Source of the DNA: Macrostomum lignano
Taxonomy: Eukaryota
Assembly: GCA_002269645.1 (NCBI GenBank)
Contig: NIVC01000803.1
Coordinates: forward strand, 124,001 to 188,000
Direction of reading: 5' to 3'
Length of the DNA stretch: 64,000 nt
A program made the position numbers and the translations under genes. Under the pieces are notes generated by a model. It did no database searches. It saw only the letters and a list, made by a program, of their open reading frames with translations, and was not told where the DNA came from. The first letter of the stretch is position 1. Each line of letters begins with the position of its first letter. Positions 57,487 through 64,000 of the stretch are shown here, piece by piece.

Positions 57487-57807
57487 TGCTGCACCGGCTG
57501 AGGGTCTCAGAAGGCTGCTGTCTGCTCCGCTCTGGTCTCCGTGTGTTCCGCGCGGAGTGCGCTGGGGCAGCGTGGGCAGAGGAAGAGAGCGGGGCAGAGG
57601 GACGGTTCCGGGAGGAAGGGCAGGGGAAGGGACTGAGTGCACTCTGGGGTAAGGGTTTCCCTAGTGATCGATTCAAATGTGCACTCAGTGCTGACTCAAC
57701 TCTTTCCCGTTTGTCTATAGTCAGATAACTCAAAGTTAATCTCCATACGTACTGTACAGACACAGCGTGCACTGCACACAGATAAACCTTTTCAGCGTTC
57801 CCAGATC

Positions 57808-58428
<621 letters not shown>

Positions 58429-58739
58429 AAGTAAATTTTTAAGTTTCAAGCAAAATATGTCCAGAAAAAAGGCATTGCAATCAGCTACCTCCCTAGAAGC
58501 AGCTCAGTAGCCAGATTCGGCTGCGTTGCACCAAACAGTTGCAATGCTGCGCTGTTAACTGTCTGGCTCGGGTCAGCTCGGGCGCACTGGCAGCCCAACC
58601 CTTTCGCGCCTGCCAGGTGTAACCCGAAGCGATAAAGGGACTTTTAGTAATGCGGAGAGAGTGAGAGAGTCAGAGCTATGAGGGGGAGGCAGAAAGAGAA
58701 AAAGCAAGCAGTTTAAACTCTGCGCAGGCGCTCGCTTGG

Positions 58740-58753
58740 GTTGCCATGGCAAC
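58740..58753. promoter_or_regulatory. Perfect palindromic RFX X-box GTTGCCATGGCAAC
   Basis: Exact canonical X-box about 155 bp upstream of the Tctex1-domain ATG; X-boxes are established marks of ciliary genes. Confidence 0.8.
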
Positions 58754-58906
58754 AGCTCGAATCAGCTAGCAATAATAGCTATAAGATTGCTTGATACATA
58801 AGCGAAGCATGCTCAAGTCTGCCTCGACTGCTAAGCAGGAGAAAGGAGAGAGAGGTGAGGCAGCAAGGTGAGAAGGAGAACCTCAATCGATCGAAACCGA
58901 AACCCG

Positions 58907-60266
58907 ATGCAGCAGCAGAACTCGGCGCTGGCGCCAATCTCTGAGGGTGCCGCTAGGGCGCCACAGCCGCCGCCTGTCAATGAGCAACAGCGGCAGCTGC
59001 TGCAGCCGAGACGGAGTCTCCGGTATCCAACCTCGGTGACAACGCCGCTGTCGGAGCAACCCAGACGGCTCACCTTGATGCCGGCGCCCACCAGTGACAA
59101 GCCGACGACCGACGGTCACGTGGTGCCGAAACAGCGACGACAGTCTCGACGTCGGCCAAGCTCGATTCGCTCGTCGGAGCGAAGCCAGGGCCGTCCGTCG
59201 GCTGGAGTGCTGGCTGGCCTGGTGGAGAACACCTACCGGATGGGCCCGGCTCAGCCGTTTATTGTTGACGCTGCCGAGGCGCTGATTAAAGAGCGACTGG
59301 AGACAAATTTGAAGCGCTACAGCTACAATGCCCAGTCTGCCAAGGTGCGGTCCGCCTGCTGAGATCATGGGGTGATTCTCGTGTGGTTAATAGTGATTCT
59401 CGTGTAGTTAATAGTGATTCTCATGTGGTTAATAGTGATTCTCATGTGGTTAATAGTGATTCTCATGTGGTTAATAGTGATTCTCGTGTGGTTAATAGTG
59501 ATTCTCGTGTGGTTAATAGTGATTCTCATGTGGTTAATAGTGATTCTCATGTGGTTAATAGTGATTCTCGTGTAGTTAATAGTGATTCTCGTGTAGTTAA
59601 TAGTGATTCTCATGATGGCTAATAGTGATTCACGTGATTATTTATAGTGATTCTCATGATGGTTTTTTAGGTGATCCTTATTGTGGCTAATTGTGATTCT
59701 CATAATGGCTAGTTGTGGTTCTCTGGATGGCTGATTGTGATTCTCTCATGATGATTAATTGTAAATATCACGATGACGGTTATGGTGATTCTCATTATAA
59801 TTATTATGGTGATTCTCATGCTGGTTTATGGTTCCCGTGAAGGTTTCCCTCTTTTCACAGAAAGACACATGAATGATCCGTATATGGCTCAGTCCTAGTG
59901 ATTCCGGAGAGTCATCCAAGATTTGTGCATGATTCTAAAAGCACAAACCCCTTTCTTTCCGAAATAACTGTACACGTGCATGGCGATTCTGTCAGCCTGC
60001 ATCCGCTCTCGCATTTCAAGGTGATGTCGACCAACATGGCTCAGGAGATAAAAAACAAGATCAAACAGCAGCTGCTTCGGCAGGGCCCGAACTCCCGGTA
60101 CAAGCTGGTGGTGCTGGTCACCGTGACCGATGTGAACAGGCCAGCAGGGGAGTTCGCCTCCCGGATGCTCTGCCAGGCAGCCACAGGAGACGCCTGCGCC
60201 AAAGCCGAATTTCGCGGCAACAGGGCGGCCGCGTGGGCTGCGGTGTTCGCCCTCTACTGCGAGTAG
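58907..60266 (+). CDS. Tctex1-domain dynein light chain (TCTEX1D1/DYNLT5-like), 227 aa; exons 58907-59344, 60021-60266
   Basis: ENTYRMGP..PF...AEALIKERLE..L...SY and ...IK.KIK......RYKLVVLVTV...ASRML...D.CA.AEF.......WAAVFALYCE* follow the Tctex-1 pattern; long low-complexity N-terminus; phase-0 intron. Confidence 0.88.
59372..59640. repeat. 21-bp minisatellite (GTGATTCTC(G/A)TGTGGTTAATA)n in the Tctex1 intron
   Basis: Directly visible, degrading 3'-ward. Confidence 0.9.
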
Positions 60267-61122
60267 GCAGTAGCAAAAATTACCGTCATTTTTTGTGATG
60301 GAACTTCAAATTCTATCCGAATAATTTGTGTCAGAGTTAAAGATTTTGTTCATTCATAATTAACTAATGAGGGAATTATGCATTCTCAATCAAACAAACT
60401 TGTAACTAACTATATGATTATTTTGGCTCGCAAACAATCGACAATGGCAAAAATTAATATGTGCAACTGGAACTGTTACAGGTGTTTTCGCTGCAATAAG
60501 CATTGCCAGTGTTTTATAACAAAGATTTTAACTGTTTCTATTTTTCTGCATCGAAATTGAACTTGATGAATTCTAGTGAATAGTAGGGCATGAGCAGTGA
60601 ATGAGGCATATTGTAAAAGCAATCGTGCGACTGTATTGACACTTATGTGCAACTACGTTTCTTGCAAAATTTTAGGTGGCTTGATAGAAGGGAGACTCAA
60701 TGTTCATCTTTTGATAACGTTTTGCCGTTCCTATACACATATTCTTGGCTTAACGACTCTGTAAAACATGTGCAACAGAATGATAAAATAGTTTCATAAA
60801 ACCAACGAGTCGATTTGCGCCATTTTTATGATTTTTTTCGGCACAGTACAATGCGTACCGTTACGACTGTGCGTAGGATATAAAATTAACATAGAACCCT
60901 AAATTTCTAAACGAAAAGCTTTATGAATATCAATAGAGCTATAGGAAAGGCAAGACATCAAAAGATGAACTTTGTGTCTGCCTCCTATCAGAAGCAATAA
61001 CAATTTTTGTGCTGAAAAAATAAGACCTAATCTCCGTTAATGTATGATTTCGGTAAAACCTGCCTCCGAAAATTTTCCAAGAAACGTAGTTTCGGTAGTT
61101 TCGTCCTTGATGTCATATGAAA

Positions 61123-61707
61123 CTACACACTGCTCCGACGTTCCAAGCAACTCTGAGGACAAGCAGTGCCAGTCATCTTAGCATCTCTCTCCGCCGCTGC
61201 TATCCGGTCCAAGCGACGAAGAGCATCGCCCAGGCTGCACATGGCCAGACAGGCAGCTGATCCGTACGCAGCCAGGCTGATGCAGAATCCGCTTGCAGCG
61301 GCTGCGGCTGCGGACAAGAACGGCGTCTCCGCTGGCCACTGGAGCAGCGCAAAGTTGTACACCGCCTGAGCTGCAATGCACGGCAGCGCGCACGCGTTTA
61401 ACAGCGCCGTTCTCAGCGCCAACCTGAAGGCAACGGCGCTCCGCTGGTTTTCAGAAACCGCCAGCTGCAGTAGACGGGCAAGAGCAACCGAAGCGGCGCC
61501 GGCTGCCGCGTTGACGCCGGCGAAACCGAAGCCCAGAAGGCGAAGCGCCAAATCCTGACGGTTGGCGACGCCGCCAGTGGAAAGCGCCGACCGCGATAGC
61601 GACAGAAACATGGGCGGCACAGCGGCTAGAAGGCAGACAATGGCCAGCGACAGTTGAACTGTGGCTGCAAATTTTCTGCGACAGCAGCAGGAGCAGTAGT
61701 TGGGCAT
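61123..61707 (-). CDS. Single-exon hypothetical membrane protein, 194 aa, about 4 hydrophobic helices, Cys-rich N-terminus
   Basis: True ATG at 61707; GC-rich coding-like composition in an AT-rich context; no family recognised. Confidence 0.7.
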   Translation of the reverse strand: MPNYCSCCCRRKFAATVQLSLAIVCLLAAVPPMFLSLSRSALSTGGVANRQDLALRLLGFGFAGVNAAAGAASVALARLLQLAVSENQRSAVAFRLALRTALLNACALPCIAAQAVYNFALLQWPAETPFLSAAAAAASGFCISLAAYGSAACLAMCSLGDALRRLDRIAAAERDAKMTGTACPQSCLERRSSV

Positions 61708-62860
61708 TGCGCCGTTATAAATCCTCTGAATCCGGCCTCTTCTAGAACAGCGCTATCAAAACTGATGAGGGACCAGCTTCATATAGCTTCTGTCAAAGCT
61801 TGCCGCTGGAGCTCTCTACTTCCTTTTATCTCTGACAGAGGTTAAGCCAAGGAGACCTTGACCGACAGCCGGGTGTTAGTTAACAGCCAGATCCTCAATT
61901 TCACACTGCACTTTTCACCAATCAGTCAGTTTACACACAAGACAACAACGAGGCATCACCTAGGCGACTTTTCTGCTAAAGGGAACGTTAGCTTAAACAC
62001 CGGAATGGGATCGAGGCCGAAATAAATGAAAATTCCGAATGCAATTGGTGCAACTTGCCACACCTGTTGACTGGGAATGTCAACTACGTAGAAGATAATG
62101 CATGACATTTAGGGTTGCATTTGTAAGATAATACAACCCGTAAAAAGGCATGCGTTATCTCACTCTAAATTCCTTTTTTCTGGGATTTAACCTAATTAAT
62201 CCGGAACATGTGACATTTGTCTATGGCACTGCATTGCGGGGTCAAGGGGGCGCTTTTCTTATGCTTGAGTTTCGTCCGGAAATTATTCGTGGAGGACGTA
62301 TAAATCCCGTAAAATGATTAATTACATCTTCGACTTTTCGTCTATGGTAAAATAACAGCTCGAAAATTTGACTGAAAGGGATTTAACTGGCTTTACCGCC
62401 CGGCCTCCAGCTCATTGGTAAGAAAAGCGAGCGAGAAGCTTTATACCAGCTCGTACTTGGGTCTCCATCTCGGCACTCGAGTCTAAGTGACAGCTGAAGA
62501 GCTGATTTCGATAGAACTTCTTCTGTAGGACACGAAAGCACATAAAACAGAAGTTTCATTGCCCAGCTCAGTTAAACAGCACCACAGAATACTCCAGACC
62601 CTAGTCGATGGTCTCCTTGGCTAAGCCCGGCTAGACAGAACAGGAAAAGAGGGAAGCGCAAATCAGCTTTCAACAGGTTTACCTCGCGCTAATGGACCGT
62701 TTGCTTTGGTGACAGGTGACATGCTTTCTGACAAGCTTATGTAATGCAAGGCATTTCAGTTGCTGACCAAAATTGATTTCATCACTTTCAAAAGACCATT
62801 CGCATTTATTTTTTACTCGTATTTACTACTTACTAAGTAGCCGGGGCTACTAGAAGCGCC

Positions 62861-63700
62861 ATGTCAGACTGAAAGAAGCGCCATTTCAGACATGAAAGAA
62901 GCGCCATGTCAGACATGAATGAAGCGCCATGTCAGACATGAAAGAAGCGCCATGTCAGACATGAAAGAAGCGCTATGTCAGACATGAAAGAAGCGCCATG
63001 TCAGACATAAAAGAAGCGCCATATCAGACATGAAAGAAGCGCCATGTCAGACATGAAAGAAGCGCCATGTCAGACATGAAAGAAGCGCCATGTCAGACAT
63101 GAAAGAAGCGCCATGTCAGACATGAAAGAAGCGCCATGTCAGACATAAAGGAAGCGCCATGTCAGACATGAAAGAAGCGCCATGTCAGACATGAAAGAAG
63201 CGCCATGTCAGACATGAAAGAAGCGCCATGTCAGACATGAAAGAAGCGCCATGTCAGACATAAAAGAAGCGCCATGTCAGACATGAAAGAAGCGCCATGT
63301 CAGACATAAAAGAAACGCCATGTCAGACTGAAAGAAGCGCCATGTCAGACATGAAAGAAGCGCCATGTCAGACATGAAAGAAGCGCCATGTCAGACATGA
63401 AAGAAGCGCCATGTCAGACATGAAAGAAGCGCCATGTCAGACATGAAAGAAGCGCCATGTCATACTGAAAGAAGCGCCATGTCAGACATGAAAGAAGCGC
63501 CATGTCAGACATGAAAGACGTGCATGTCAAGCATGAAAGAAGCGTCATGTCAGACATGAAAGAAGCGCCATGTCAGACATGAAAGAAGCGCCATGTCAGA
63601 CATAAAAGAAGCGCCATGTCAGACATGAAAGACGTGCATGTCAAGCATGAAAAAGCGGCATTTCAAAAATGAAAGAAGCGTCATGTCGAACATAAAAGAT
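62861..63700. repeat. 23-bp minisatellite (GAAGCGCCATGTCAGACATGAAA)n
   Basis: About 36 units with internal palindrome CATGTC-A-GACATG. Confidence 0.95.
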
Positions 63701-64000
63701 TATTTGGGGAATTTGCTAAAAAGTCAATGCTGAGAGGTTAAAACCTACATTTAGTTTATTCAGAAATTTTTATTGCATTTCTTTGTTGGCTCCCTAACGG
63801 TGGGAGTTGATTGATAGTTTAACACTAAACATTTTATCCACCCACACGGTTTCCCACCAAACCATCCAATCTAGGGTAATAAATGATCCCAAGAACTAAG
63901 ACACAAAGCGGACAAATTTAGATATAATTAACGATTTTTCAGGTAAACTTTCAAAACACGAAATGTGTATAATTAAAAAAATTAAACAGTAGACAGTCAC

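Overview
This is eukaryotic (metazoan) genomic DNA, not prokaryotic: GC-rich exons are separated by GT-AG introns, and almost every intron carries its own minisatellite. That style, with tRNA-derived SINEs and an RTE retrotransposon, is most consistent with a free-living flatworm such as Macrostomum (inference, not verified). Spliced gene models assembled by hand from splice-site and phase matching: FAM193-like (+, 4237-8939); secreted C-type-lectin/PAN protein (-, two copies); PKA type II regulatory subunit (+, 27304-28897); a divergent kinesin motor joined to a CCDC78/DUF4472-like coiled coil in one gene (+, 34162-42254); a two-domain, apparently secreted cadherin (-, 42788-44032); an anion-selective Cys-loop (GABA-A/GRD-like) subunit (-, 45130-51089, first exon not found); a coiled-coil/NHL protein interrupted in frame by about 77 copies of a 12-bp repeat (-, 55159-57486); a Tctex1-domain dynein light chain (+, 58907-60266) with a perfect RFX X-box upstream; and an orphan 4-TM protein (-, 61123-61707). 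A roughly 7.5-kb segment is tandemly duplicated (8312-15837 and 16409-25305). Only the second copy carries a young 5'-truncated RTE element with a 12-bp TSD, so filled and empty sites are both visible. Most long ORFs in the supplied track are translations of tandem repeats. Top leads are the kinesin-CCDC78 protein with a degenerate switch I, the in-frame repeat expansion in the NHL gene, and intronic minisatellites built from splice-site-like motifs. All family assignments come from motif recognition, without database searches.
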